NCBI GenBank assembly: GCA_002255585.1
Contig: NCBJ01000001.1
Location: 1-47,986, forward strand
Direction: 5' to 3'
Length of the DNA stretch: 47,986 nucleotides
Source of the DNA: Parcubacteria group bacterium 21-54-25
GTDB taxonomy: Bacteria; Patescibacteriota; Minisyncoccia; Phycocordibacterales; Phycocordibacteraceae
In this document: positions 38,864 to 47,986 of the stretch, in pieces
How positions within the stretch are numbered: the stretch's first letter is position 1
How the letters are laid out: the number at the start of each line of letters is the position of its first letter
Position numbers and translations under genes: made by a program
Notes under the pieces: model-generated
Databases searched by the model: none
What the model was told of the DNA's origin: nothing
Seen by the model: only the letters and a program-made list of their open reading frames with translations

Positions 38864-39410
38864 ATACGCAACAAACGGCATCATTCTTGCGCACTTTCCA
38901 GTTGCGGAGGCGAGTGTCGACGTGGTGGTGCTTACCGATACGCTTGGTTTGTTACGTGCGCGCGCGCAGGGCGTACGCAAACAGGGCGCAAAACTCGCAA
39001 GTGCGCTACAAACTCTCGCCGAGGCGCATGTGTTACTGGTGCATGGCGCGCAGGGCTGGCGCGTAGCGGGAGCGACGCTCAGGCGTAATTGGTTTTGGGA
39101 CCTTCCGCGCTCCGCCCGCGTGCGCGCCGGGCGTGTGGCGGGCCTTTTTCTTCGTCTTGCACCGGGCGAGATGAATGACCTCTCGTCGTATGATATTATG
39201 CACGGATTTTTCCACTCGCTGTTTGATACCCCTCCAGCACTCCACGATGCCGCCGAGTGCCTTGCCGCACTACGGCTTCTTCGAATGCTTGGGTTAGACG
39301 CAGGTACGTTGTCATCTCGCTACGACACTCCCGCGCTGGAAGCGGTACAGCACGAAAGACGGCACTACATCGCACGCATCAATCGAGGCATTGCTGCTTC
39401 GGGTCTGTAG
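38853..39410 (+). CDS. recO: RecO N-terminal domain protein
   Basis: TNGIIL..LTDTLGLLRARAQGVRK..KL. Confidence 0.75.
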   Translation: MRHKYATNGIILAHFPVAEASVDVVVLTDTLGLLRARAQGVRKQGAKLASALQTLAEAHVLLVHGAQGWRVAGATLRRNWFWDLPRSARVRAGRVAGLFLRLAPGEMNDLSSYDIMHGFFHSLFDTPPALHDAAECLAALRLLRMLGLDAGTLSSRYDTPALEAVQHERRHYIARINRGIAASGL

Positions 39411-39450
39411 GGCGCTCGACACGCGCCCAATACGGTATACTGACAGCAAT

Positions 39451-41352
39451 ATGCCTCCGGAAGACGATACGCGCGGTTCGCTTGAACGTGCACGTGAACG
39501 GCTCTATAGCCAACACGCGAAGCCGCGCCGCGTTGCCGGTCACGCAACAAAAACCGCTGCGGACACGCCGCACGCATGGGAACAACAAAAATCGCCAATC
39601 GAATCCGCCGCACCGCATCATCACGTACGTCTTGCACTTAAGTTTTTCTGGGGCGCACTCGCATTTTTCGTTATTACGTCAGGCGTCGCAGCATACCTGC
39701 TTTTTTCGGGAGATCGCTCGGTCTCTACTGCAAACGTACCAATTACCATCCAAGGGCCAACGACGATTGCGGGGGGCGATACCGTCGCACTACAAATTTC
39801 CGTAACGAACAACAATCCGGCGGCAATCGAGAACGTATCGGTGGCGCTCACTTTTCCGCCGGGTACGCGCTCGGTGGCAGACGTGCTTACGCCATTTGCA
39901 AACGATATCGAAGACCTGGGCACCATCGCACCCGGCGGGCATGTCGAACGTACGGTGAAAGCGGTCTTTTTTGGCGGTCAGGGTGATACGCTTACGGTCA
40001 ACGCCATGCTCCAATTCCATACAAGCGGGTCAAATGCGACTTTTGTGAAAAGTACCAATTATCTGGTTTCAGTTGTCGCCACACCTCTTTCTGTCTCGGT
40101 TGATGCGCCAGCAAGCGCTATTTCCGGCCAGCCCTTTACGGTTTCAGCGACCGTGCGATCAAACGCCGCCGCACCGATTTCCGGTGTCGTGCTTCAGGCG
40201 GACTATCCTATCGGTTTTACGCCAACTCGTACGTCAATCAAGTCTTTTGGTAACAGTTTTCCTCTGGGCACCCTTGCGCCGGGCGCCACGACCACGGTTG
40301 CCATTACGGGCACGCTCGTTGGTCAGGAAGGAGAGCAGCGCGTCATGCACTTTACTGTGGGTACCGCAGACAGTGCTCAGGGTACCGCGGTTGCCGTTTC
40401 CTATATGACCCAACAAGCGACGCTCACTATTAGCCAGCCGTTTCTCGCAACGGCGCTGTCTCTTAATGGTGGTTCAGCGGACCATGTGGTCATTGCCCCC
40501 AGCGCACGCGCAAACGCATCTCTTTCATGGACCAATACGCTGACCGTACCGATTACGAATGCGCAGATCGCGGTCTCTTTTACAGGAAGCGCCTTTGATC
40601 CCGCAAGCGTCCAATCTACCCAAGGGCAGTATCAATCCAGTACCCAGACAATCGTTTTCAGTCGAGATACCGATCCTGCGCTGGCGTCGCTTGCCCCTGG
40701 CGCGCAGGGTTCCGGCACCTTCTCTTTTGCCGCCCTTCCCGCAGACAGCGCCTCAAGCACTCCGGGGGCAAATCCTGATATTACGCTCTCCGTGACAGTA
40801 TCGGGCCAGTACCCGGCGCAAGATGGAAGTACCCAGACGGGTATTGTCTCGCTCTCAAAGACAGTCAAGGTGACCACGGCACTCGCACTTGACGCGTACG
40901 CACTTCACGCAAGCGGCCCATTTCGCAATACCGGCCCCATTCCACCGGTCGCTAACCAGCCGACTACCTACACTATTGTGTGGAGTGCGCAGAACACCAT
41001 CAACGATGTTGCGGCCGCAAACGTTACGGCCAACTTGCCTGCGTACGTCCAGTTTGTTGGCCCCACTGCGCCTAACGACGGCTCCATCACGTATGATGCT
41101 GGCGCGCATACGGTAACCTGGAATGCTGGTGATATTGCTGCGGGCGCATCACGGCAAGCAGCATTTCAAGTATCGCTTACACCCAGCACGAGCCAGCGTA
41201 ACTCTAACCCACAGCTGGTCGGTCCGGCCACGTTCTCTGCGTTCGATCGCTATGCACAAGTGTCCATCTCTCAAACGATGCCGGCAGTGACTACTAGTCT
41301 TGTGCACGATCCGCTATACCAATCGCAACCGAGTGCCGGTACCGTGCAGTAA
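39451..41352 (+). CDS. Large single-TM protein with tandem Ig-like beta domains
   Basis: TM near the N-terminus, Thr/Ser/Ala-rich beta repeats, GPIPP..TTYTIVW. Confidence 0.7.
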   Translation: MPPEDDTRGSLERARERLYSQHAKPRRVAGHATKTAADTPHAWEQQKSPIESAAPHHHVRLALKFFWGALAFFVITSGVAAYLLFSGDRSVSTANVPITIQGPTTIAGGDTVALQISVTNNNPAAIENVSVALTFPPGTRSVADVLTPFANDIEDLGTIAPGGHVERTVKAVFFGGQGDTLTVNAMLQFHTSGSNATFVKSTNYLVSVVATPLSVSVDAPASAISGQPFTVSATVRSNAAAPISGVVLQADYPIGFTPTRTSIKSFGNSFPLGTLAPGATTTVAITGTLVGQEGEQRVMHFTVGTADSAQGTAVAVSYMTQQATLTISQPFLATALSLNGGSADHVVIAPSARANASLSWTNTLTVPITNAQIAVSFTGSAFDPASVQSTQGQYQSSTQTIVFSRDTDPALASLAPGAQGSGTFSFAALPADSASSTPGANPDITLSVTVSGQYPAQDGSTQTGIVSLSKTVKVTTALALDAYALHASGPFRNTGPIPPVANQPTTYTIVWSAQNTINDVAAANVTANLPAYVQFVGPTAPNDGSITYDAGAHTVTWNAGDIAAGASRQAAFQVSLTPSTSQRNSNPQLVGPATFSAFDRYAQVSISQTMPAVTTSLVHDPLYQSQPSAGTVQ

Positions 41353-41461
41353 ACAAATTTTTCCCTGTATTCATCGCGGGAACATGCGTGCCGTCGCGCG
41401 CATGTTCTGTCGAGTTCGTTTGGCAGTAGCGCGGCGCTCGCTTCTGTCGTAGAGTGGTTGC

Positions 41462-42778
41462 ATGCAGGATTTGATGGAGAAGGTCGTGTCGCTCGCCAAG
41501 CGTCGGGGTTTCGTGTTTCCCGGCTCGGAAATCTATGGCGGGCTGGCCGGGGTGTACGATTATGGTCCATTCGGTGTCGCGCTCAAGAACAACATTAAGC
41601 AACTCTGGTGGCGCATGTTCGTGGAGCGCCGTGATGACATGTATGGTGTGGATGCGGCTATCCTCATGAACTCGAAAGTGTGGGAGGCGTCAGGACATGT
41701 CGCCGGCTTTTCTGATCCGCTTGTCGAATGCGAGAAATGCAGGCGTCGGTTCCGGGCCGACCATCTTACCGATCCAAGCGCGTGCCCCGAATGCGGGAGC
41801 GCGCTTAGTGAACCGCGCCAATTCAATATGATGTTCAAGACGCACGTGGGAGCCTCGGAAGACGAGGCGGCATCAGTGTATTTGCGTCCCGAAACTGCCG
41901 GCGGCATCTTTGCAAACTTTAAGAACGTCGTCGACGCACTCCATCCGAAATTGCCGTTTGGTATTGCACAGATCGGTAAAGCATTTCGCAATGAAATCGC
42001 GCCGCGCGATTTCATCTTTCGTCTGCGGGAGCTTGAGCAGATGGAGGTCGAGTATTTCGTACGGGAAGGGGATTGGGAGCGTGCGTTTGAGGAATGGCGC
42101 GTGGTCATGCATGAGTTTGCTACGGCAGTAGGCTTGCCGGAGCGCATGGTGCACGAACTGGCTGTTCCGACAGAGGATCTTGCGCACTACAGCACGCGTA
42201 CGATTGATTTTGAGTTTGACTACCCGTTTGGCCGCAAAGAGTTGTGGGGCTTGGCATATCGCACCAATTTCGATCTCTCTACACACGAAAAAGGGTCTGG
42301 TGTGGATTTGAAATACATGGATGAAGAGATGAAGACGAAGATAGTGCCGCATGTCATAGAACCCTCGCTTGGAGTTGATCGCACTGTGCTTGCGGCGCTC
42401 GTTGCCGCGTACCGCGAGGACGATCTTGGAGGAGAGAAACGGGTGTACCTCGCGTTGTCGCCAAAGATTGCACCAGTCAAGGCGGCGGTTTCCCCGCTTT
42501 TGAAAAACAAGCCCGAGCTCGTGGAGCACGCGCGCCAGGTGTATCGCACACTCAAGAAAGACATTCCGCAAATCATGTGGGACGATAACGGCAACATCGG
42601 CAAGCGTTATCGTCGCCAAGATGAAATCGGTACGCCGTTTTGCATCACCATTGATTTCGATACGCTCGGTGAGACGCCAAAGCTCAAAGACACGGTCACG
42701 CTGCGCGACCGCGACAGCGGTGAGCAGGAGCGTGTACCGATTGCTGAGCTCTTCGGCCGCATTCGCTCGGTGCTTTAA
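41462..42778 (+). CDS. glyQS: Glycine-tRNA ligase (homodimeric type)
   Basis: YLRPETA, GKAFRNEI..FIFR, PHVIEPS, IGKRYRRQDEIGTP. Confidence 0.97.
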   Translation: MQDLMEKVVSLAKRRGFVFPGSEIYGGLAGVYDYGPFGVALKNNIKQLWWRMFVERRDDMYGVDAAILMNSKVWEASGHVAGFSDPLVECEKCRRRFRADHLTDPSACPECGSALSEPRQFNMMFKTHVGASEDEAASVYLRPETAGGIFANFKNVVDALHPKLPFGIAQIGKAFRNEIAPRDFIFRLRELEQMEVEYFVREGDWERAFEEWRVVMHEFATAVGLPERMVHELAVPTEDLAHYSTRTIDFEFDYPFGRKELWGLAYRTNFDLSTHEKGSGVDLKYMDEEMKTKIVPHVIEPSLGVDRTVLAALVAAYREDDLGGEKRVYLALSPKIAPVKAAVSPLLKNKPELVEHARQVYRTLKKDIPQIMWDDNGNIGKRYRRQDEIGTPFCITIDFDTLGETPKLKDTVTLRDRDSGEQERVPIAELFGRIRSVL

Positions 42779-42852
42779 CACTAGACGACCAGTGCTCATT
42801 ACGAGCACTGGTCATGCATACGTACGTTTCTGTGCTACTATATATGTGAAGC

Positions 42853-43914
42853 ATGAAGGAGACCCGCTACACCATCTCCATAACCTCGGGCACCATCGTG
42901 ACGGCGATTATCATTGGCCTCATCGCCTATGCGCTATGGACGTTGCGCGACTTGTTGCTGCTTGTTTTGACCGCGGTCATACTGGCCTCGGCAGTGCGTC
43001 CGGGTGTGCTTTTTTTCATGCGGTTTAAGTTTCCGCGTCCGCTCGCGGTGCTCGCGGTGTACCTTGCCGTCTTTGCAACGGTCTTCGGCATGGTCTACTT
43101 CTTTCTCCCGCCACTTCTTGCAGAAGTTGGCACTTTCATACGTGCGTTACCACACTATCTCGAGACGGTGTCGCTTCCCGCGCCCTTCAACACCGCCAGC
43201 TCTTCCAGTTTTCTCTCGGGTAACGGGAGCGAGTCAGCGCTTGCGCAAGCGCTCGCAGCGCTCCAGCAAGCATTTGCAAATACTTCAAGCGGTGTCGTAC
43301 GACTTATGACAACCATATTTGGCGGCATATTCTCGTTCGTGTTTGTAGTCGTACTCTCGTTTTATTTTGCGGTACAGGAGTCCGGCATTGAAGATTTCTT
43401 GCGCATCATCACACCGCTCGCGCGCGAAGAGTACATCATCGATTTGTGGCATCGCGCACAGAAAAAGATCGGCCTTTGGATGCAGGGGCAGCTCATGCTC
43501 TCAATTATGGTTGGCGTGCTCGTGTACTTGGGGCTGCTCATTTTGGGCGTACCGTACGCACTTCTTCTCGGACTCTTTACTGCGCTTATGGAAATTATTC
43601 CGGTATTTGGATCGTTTATCTCGGCAATTCCTGCGATTGCAGTGGCGTTTACAAGCGGCGGTACTGCGCTTGCGCTCATCACCACCGGGCTCTATGTTGT
43701 CGTGAACCAGTTTGAGGCGCACCTCATTTACCCGCTCGTCGTGCGGAAAATTGTTGGCGTGCCGCCACTTCTCGTCATCATCGCGATGGTCGCCGGCGGC
43801 CTTCTCGCCGGGTTCTTGGGTGTACTGCTCTCCATCCCGGTGGCTGCTATTCTGCAGGAATTTGTGGCCGATCTCGACAAGGGCCGTCGCGCGCGCCACG
43901 CGTCCGCGCGCTAA
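42853..43914 (+). CDS. AI-2E family transporter
   Basis: Multi-TM, WMQGQL, IPVFG, QFE..LIYP, GVLLSIP. Confidence 0.9.
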   Translation: MKETRYTISITSGTIVTAIIIGLIAYALWTLRDLLLLVLTAVILASAVRPGVLFFMRFKFPRPLAVLAVYLAVFATVFGMVYFFLPPLLAEVGTFIRALPHYLETVSLPAPFNTASSSSFLSGNGSESALAQALAALQQAFANTSSGVVRLMTTIFGGIFSFVFVVVLSFYFAVQESGIEDFLRIITPLAREEYIIDLWHRAQKKIGLWMQGQLMLSIMVGVLVYLGLLILGVPYALLLGLFTALMEIIPVFGSFISAIPAIAVAFTSGGTALALITTGLYVVVNQFEAHLIYPLVVRKIVGVPPLLVIIAMVAGGLLAGFLGVLLSIPVAAILQEFVADLDKGRRARHASAR

Positions 43915-43929
43915 CGGCCGTTTCTGTGC

Positions 43930-45354
43930 ATGGCGCGTTACATCACCACCACGCTTCCTTACGTGAACGCGGATCCGCATATCGGGCACGCGCTTGAATT
44001 TGTCGAGGCCGACACGTTTGCGCGCGCACTGCGTCTTGCGGGCGAGGAAACGTTTCTCAACATCGGTACTGATGAGCATGGCGCTAAAGTTGCCCAGAAA
44101 GCGAGAGAGGCGGGAGAAGACTCGCAAACGTACGTTGATAAGTATGCGCGGCGTTTCAGAGATTTTGCCGATATGCTCGGTATCACCTATGACGCATTTA
44201 CGCGTACGACGGATGCGCACCACCTGGCCGCCGCACAGGAGTTTTGGAAGCGCTGTGATGCGGCGGGCGACATTTACAAAGCAGCATATGAAGTGAAATA
44301 TTGTGTTGGATGCGAGCTCGAAAAAACTGATTCAGAGCTTGCGCACGGGCACTGCTTAATTCATCCACAGCTGGAGATAGAAGTTCGCCAAGAAGAGAAT
44401 TACTATTTCCGGTTTTCTAATTATCAAGACGCACTGCTCGCACACTACGCGACGCAAAATGAATTCATCGTGCCAGAGGAGCGCATGCGTGAGCTCGTGT
44501 CGTTTGTGTCGGGTGGATTGAAAGATTTTAGTATCTCACGCCGCAAAGAAAAGCTCTCCTGGGGCGTGCCGGTTCCCGGTGACGACGAACACGTTATGTA
44601 CGTGTGGTTCGACGCGCTAGTAAACTACGTTTCCGCAATCGGGTGGCCTGATGACGAAACTCATTTTACAAAATGGTGGCCCGTAACACAGTTCGCAGGC
44701 AAAGATAACTTGCGTCAACAGGCCGCCATGTGGCAGGCGATGCTCATGTCAGCTGGGCTGCCGCTCTCGAAACAGATCTTTATACATGGCTTCATCACCT
44801 CGGGTGGTCAGAAGATGAGCAAAACAATCGGGAACGTCATAAACCCAAACGAGCTTGTCGAAAAGTACGGCATCGACGCAACGCGCTACCTCCTGCTGCG
44901 CCACGCGCATCCGACTGAAGATACGGACGTCACACGGGAGCGTCTCGACGAGTGGTACACCGCAAACTTGGTCAACGGCCTCGGCAATCTTGTGGCGCGC
45001 GTCATGAAACTTGCCGAGACGCATTTGGAGGAACCTACCGTGCTACCGGAAGCTGCGGCACCCCCAAGCCAAAAAGAGTATCTCGACGCGTTCAGTGCGT
45101 ATCGTTTCAACGATGCGGTTGACTACGTGTGGAGCCGCATCCAGAAACTTGATGAGAAGATTACCGAAGAGGAGCCATTCAAGGTAGTGAAGATCGAGCG
45201 GGAGAAAGGGAAGGCAATTATTGCCGACTGCGCGCTTGAGCTCTACCGCATCGGCGGGCTCTTAAATCCACTCATGCCAGAGACGAGCGAAACCATAAAA
45301 ACAGCGGTGCGCACCAACAAAAAGCCCGAAAACCTTTTCCCACGACTCAGCTGA
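43930..45354 (+). CDS. metG: Methionine-tRNA ligase
   Basis: YVNADPHIGH, GTDEHG, YVWFDAL, KMSKT. Confidence 0.97.
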   Translation: MARYITTTLPYVNADPHIGHALEFVEADTFARALRLAGEETFLNIGTDEHGAKVAQKAREAGEDSQTYVDKYARRFRDFADMLGITYDAFTRTTDAHHLAAAQEFWKRCDAAGDIYKAAYEVKYCVGCELEKTDSELAHGHCLIHPQLEIEVRQEENYYFRFSNYQDALLAHYATQNEFIVPEERMRELVSFVSGGLKDFSISRRKEKLSWGVPVPGDDEHVMYVWFDALVNYVSAIGWPDDETHFTKWWPVTQFAGKDNLRQQAAMWQAMLMSAGLPLSKQIFIHGFITSGGQKMSKTIGNVINPNELVEKYGIDATRYLLLRHAHPTEDTDVTRERLDEWYTANLVNGLGNLVARVMKLAETHLEEPTVLPEAAAPPSQKEYLDAFSAYRFNDAVDYVWSRIQKLDEKITEEEPFKVVKIEREKGKAIIADCALELYRIGGLLNPLMPETSETIKTAVRTNKKPENLFPRLS

Positions 45355-45356
45355 CT

Positions 45357-46154
45357 ATGGAGTTCACATATTTTGATGCGCATAGCCATGTGCAAGGGAG
45401 TGAGTACGACAGGGATCGCGCCGAACTTCTCACGGCGATGGCAACCGAGGGTATTGGCACGATGACAGTCGGTGTTGACCTCGCGTCGTCTCGAGCAGCG
45501 GTTGCGCTTGCGAGCGCGCATGCGCACGTGTATGCGGCGGTCGGGCAGCACCCGACCGACACCGACGAGCCGTTCGCACCAGATGCGTTTGCTGCGATGG
45601 CGCGCAACGCGCGCACGGTAGCTGTGGGGGAGTGCGGGTTGGATTATTTTCGTACCGACGACGTCGCCGCTGCGCGCGCCGCACAGGTGCCGCTCTTTGA
45701 AGCACAGATTGCGCTTGCGGTGGCGGCACAGAAGCCGCTTATGATTCACGCACGCCCTTCTACGGGCACCGTGGACGCGTATCGCGAGCTTATCGATATC
45801 CTTAAAAGTGCCAAACGCGAGCACGGCGACGCACTCACAGGCAATGTCCACTTTTTTGTTGGAGGAGTGGATGAGGCACGCGATCTATTTGATCTCGATT
45901 TCACAGTCTCGTACACGGCAGTCATTACTTTTGCACGTGACTATGATGAGGTAATCCGCTTCGCACCGCTTGAGCGGATTCTCTCTGAGACCGATTCGCC
46001 TTATGTGGCGCCAGCCCCACACCGCGGCAAGCGAAACGATCCGCGTGCGGTCAAGACGGTGGTGGCGGCGCTCGCCGGCATTCGCGGAGAGGACGAGGAA
46101 ACCGTGCGCGCTGCCACCCTCGCCAATGCCGTGCGCGTATTTCAGCTCGCGTAG
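45357..46154 (+). CDS. tatD: TatD-family nuclease
   Basis: DAHSH, GECGLDY, IHAR, ETDSPY. Confidence 0.92.
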   Translation: MEFTYFDAHSHVQGSEYDRDRAELLTAMATEGIGTMTVGVDLASSRAAVALASAHAHVYAAVGQHPTDTDEPFAPDAFAAMARNARTVAVGECGLDYFRTDDVAAARAAQVPLFEAQIALAVAAQKPLMIHARPSTGTVDAYRELIDILKSAKREHGDALTGNVHFFVGGVDEARDLFDLDFTVSYTAVITFARDYDEVIRFAPLERILSETDSPYVAPAPHRGKRNDPRAVKTVVAALAGIRGEDEETVRAATLANAVRVFQLA

Positions 46155-46201
46155 AAAATGTATCTTACGCGCACCCCCTTGGTAGGAGCCCCCTTCCAAC
46201 A

Positions 46202-46228
46202 TATTTAGGACACGGCGTGTCCTAAATA
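46202..46228. repeat. Perfect 12-bp-arm palindrome (REP-like)
   Basis: TATTTAGGACAC-GGC-GTGTCCTAAATA. Confidence 0.6.
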
Positions 46229-46323
46229 CTTCAGATACTGATTTTTTGCGTCTGGGGTGTAATGTCAGAGACGTTCTTTGGCAAGTTGCCTCCCGGCTAA
46301 TCGCGTGCTAGGATGCGCGCATC

Positions 46324-46824
46324 ATGGCTCGAAAACAAAAAGAAGAACGTGACGAATCGTCCGATACGGCAGTTGATGAAACCCGTGCGGAACCGCGCGT
46401 GTATGAGCTTGGTTTCCACATCGACCCAGAACTCTCCCAAGAGGACGTTAAAAAGATTTTTCAGAAATTAAAAGCCGTAGCGGCCGAGGCGGGCACAGTC
46501 GTTGCCACAGGCGATCCAGAGAAAATGCCGCTCGCCTACACGATTTCTCGTATGGAGCACACCGGGCGTCACGACTTCTCTACGACGTTTTTCTCCTGGA
46601 TTGCCTACGAAGCGACCGGAGAAGCACACGACAAGGTTCTCGAAACGGTGCGCGGCGAAGATCACGTATTTCGTTTTATAGACATTCTCACCACAAAAGA
46701 CGCGGCACTCCACGCGGCCGAGCAACGGGAAATGCGTATGCGCGTGGCTGATACGTCTAGTGGGCCAGAGGAAGCGGTGTCAGAAGAACAGCTAGACGCA
46801 GCACTTGAGGAAGTCGCCGCATAA
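46324..46824 (+). CDS. rpsF: 30S ribosomal protein S6 (with acidic extensions)
   Basis: YELGF..LAYTI..VFRF; rpsF-ssb-rpsR synteny. Confidence 0.85.
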   Translation: MARKQKEERDESSDTAVDETRAEPRVYELGFHIDPELSQEDVKKIFQKLKAVAAEAGTVVATGDPEKMPLAYTISRMEHTGRHDFSTTFFSWIAYEATGEAHDKVLETVRGEDHVFRFIDILTTKDAALHAAEQREMRMRVADTSSGPEEAVSEEQLDAALEEVAA

Positions 46825-46838
46825 TCACCACAACTATT

Positions 46839-47288
46839 ATGTACCTCAACAAAGCACTCATTTACGGAAACCTTACTCGCGATCCGGAGGTGCGCGCACT
46901 GCCGTCTGGCCAGCAGGTTGTCACCTTTGGCGTGGCGACCAATCGTACGTACAAAAATAAGGAAGGCCAGAAACAAGAGGCAACAGAGTTCCATAATGTC
47001 GTTGCATTCGGTCGTCTTGCCGAACTCATCGGTCAATACATGAAAAAGGGCCGTCCGATTTACATCGAGGGCCGTTTGCAAACACGTTCGTGGGAGTCTG
47101 ATGGTCGGAAAAATTACCGTACAGAAATTGTTGCCGACACCTTCCAGTTTGGCGCAGACGGTGGCACGGGCCGTGGTAGCGCGGCTGGGGAGTCCGGGAC
47201 GGCGAGCGCACCCACAAAAGACGCGGAATCCGCCGAATCAATACAGTATCCTGACGAAGACATCAACCCAGAGGACATTCCTTTTTAA
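46839..47288 (+). CDS. ssb: Single-stranded DNA-binding protein
   Basis: GNLTRDPE, EGRLQTRSW, C-terminal DIPF. Confidence 0.97.
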   Translation: MYLNKALIYGNLTRDPEVRALPSGQQVVTFGVATNRTYKNKEGQKQEATEFHNVVAFGRLAELIGQYMKKGRPIYIEGRLQTRSWESDGRKNYRTEIVADTFQFGADGGTGRGSAAGESGTASAPTKDAESAESIQYPDEDINPEDIPF

Positions 47289-47308
47289 GATTTCATAGCA
47301 TACACAAC

Positions 47309-47515
47309 ATGGCACATCAAGCAGAGCGAGAGGAAATAGAACACAAGAGATTTATCGACTACAAAGACGTCGCATATCTGAAGTTGTTTACTGACCCGCA
47401 CGCAAAAATGCTTTCGCGTCGACGCACCGGCATCGCGGCAAAAAGGCAGCGCGAGATTGCACAGGCCATCAAGCGTGCTCGCTACATGGGCCTGCTTCCG
47501 TACATAGCCGCGTAA
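47309..47515 (+). CDS. rpsR: 30S ribosomal protein S18
   Basis: IDYKD..QREIAQAIKRARYMGLLPY. Confidence 0.95.
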   Translation: MAHQAEREEIEHKRFIDYKDVAYLKLFTDPHAKMLSRRRTGIAAKRQREIAQAIKRARYMGLLPYIAA

Positions 47516-47520
47516 GGTGG

Positions 47521-47573
47521 TGTGGGCGTATGAAGAAACCCCCTAAACCAGGGGGTTTCTTCATACGCCCACA
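47521..47573. terminator. 24-bp perfect hairpin between convergent rpsR and efp
   Basis: TGTGGGCGTATGAAGAAACCCCCT-AAACC-AGGGGGTTTCTTCATACGCCCACA. Confidence 0.7.
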
Positions 47574-47698
47574 TGAATATATAAAAAGGCGGCCAGCACT
47601 GGGGAAGCGCTGGCGCAATAAAGTCCATCGTGTCTGACTGTTGGGGGGGTTGGACACGATGAACCCAGGGAGACGTCTGCTACTAAAATAGCACATCT

Positions 47699-47986
47699 CT
47701 ACGCCTTTGCAACTCGTTCGACATAGGCGCCAGTGTCGGTGTTTATGCGCAGCATGTCGCCCGTGTTGATGAAAAGCGGCGTACTCACTACGGCACCGGA
47801 CGCGAGCGTCACCTGTTTGGTCCCGCCGGTAGCAGTGTCGCCTTTTACTGCAGGCGGTGCGTCTGTCACCGCAAGATCGACCTTGACCGGAATACGAATG
47901 GTCATGGGCGTCTGATTGTAGAGCAGTGCAGTGCATAGCGCGTCCTGCACGAGCCATTGTGTTTGTTCGTGCACTGCCCCTTCGGG
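47699..47986 (-). CDS. efp: Elongation factor P (3' part; runs off window)
   Basis: PAVKGDTATG..K..TL.SG..V..PLFINTGD..INT.TG.YVER. Confidence 0.9.
   Translation of the reverse strand, partial: PEGAVHEQTQWLVQDALCTALLYNQTPMTIRIPVKVDLAVTDAPPAVKGDTATGGTKQVTLASGAVVSTPLFINTGDMLRINTDTGAYVERVAKA

Noticed and set aside
1-47986. Alternative genetic code (TGA=Gly)
   Set aside because: Conserved genes are uninterrupted under code 11, and TGA ends genes at expected places (both DGR targets, metG)

Overview
The window looks like Patescibacteria (Parcubacteria-like, standard code) chromosome. Bases 1-20.4 kb are accessory. They hold a ParB-methylase remnant, a DUF262-HNH/EcoRI-type MTase pair and a decaying CsoR-CopB copper/envelope island. 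They also hold a ~7.7 kb cassette bracketed by ~260-280 bp direct repeats, carrying a VWA + MoxR-like AAA+ operon and a diversity-generating retroelement (DGR). The DGR has one template repeat (TR, 18518-18640) and two variable repeats (VR1, VR2) that differ from TR almost only at TR adenines. Its layout is unusual. avd is inverted and overlaps the RT gene head-to-head, and a single G13 tract in the overlap throws both genes out of frame (G12 would restore both), suggesting a phase-variation switch. The RT also lacks its YxDD motif because of a short frameshifting deletion, and TR seems to lie in its own structured RNA. Bases 20.4-48 kb are core genes: tRNA-His, mscL, secE-nusG-rplK (no rplA), thyX-tmk-dcd-glyA, argS, ileS with an inserted histidine-phosphatase domain, recO, glyQS, metG, tatD, rpsF-ssb-rpsR and partial efp. 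The dcd has an internal segment relocated to its C-terminus, and many core genes look leaderless. All product calls come from motif recognition by eye, not database searches.
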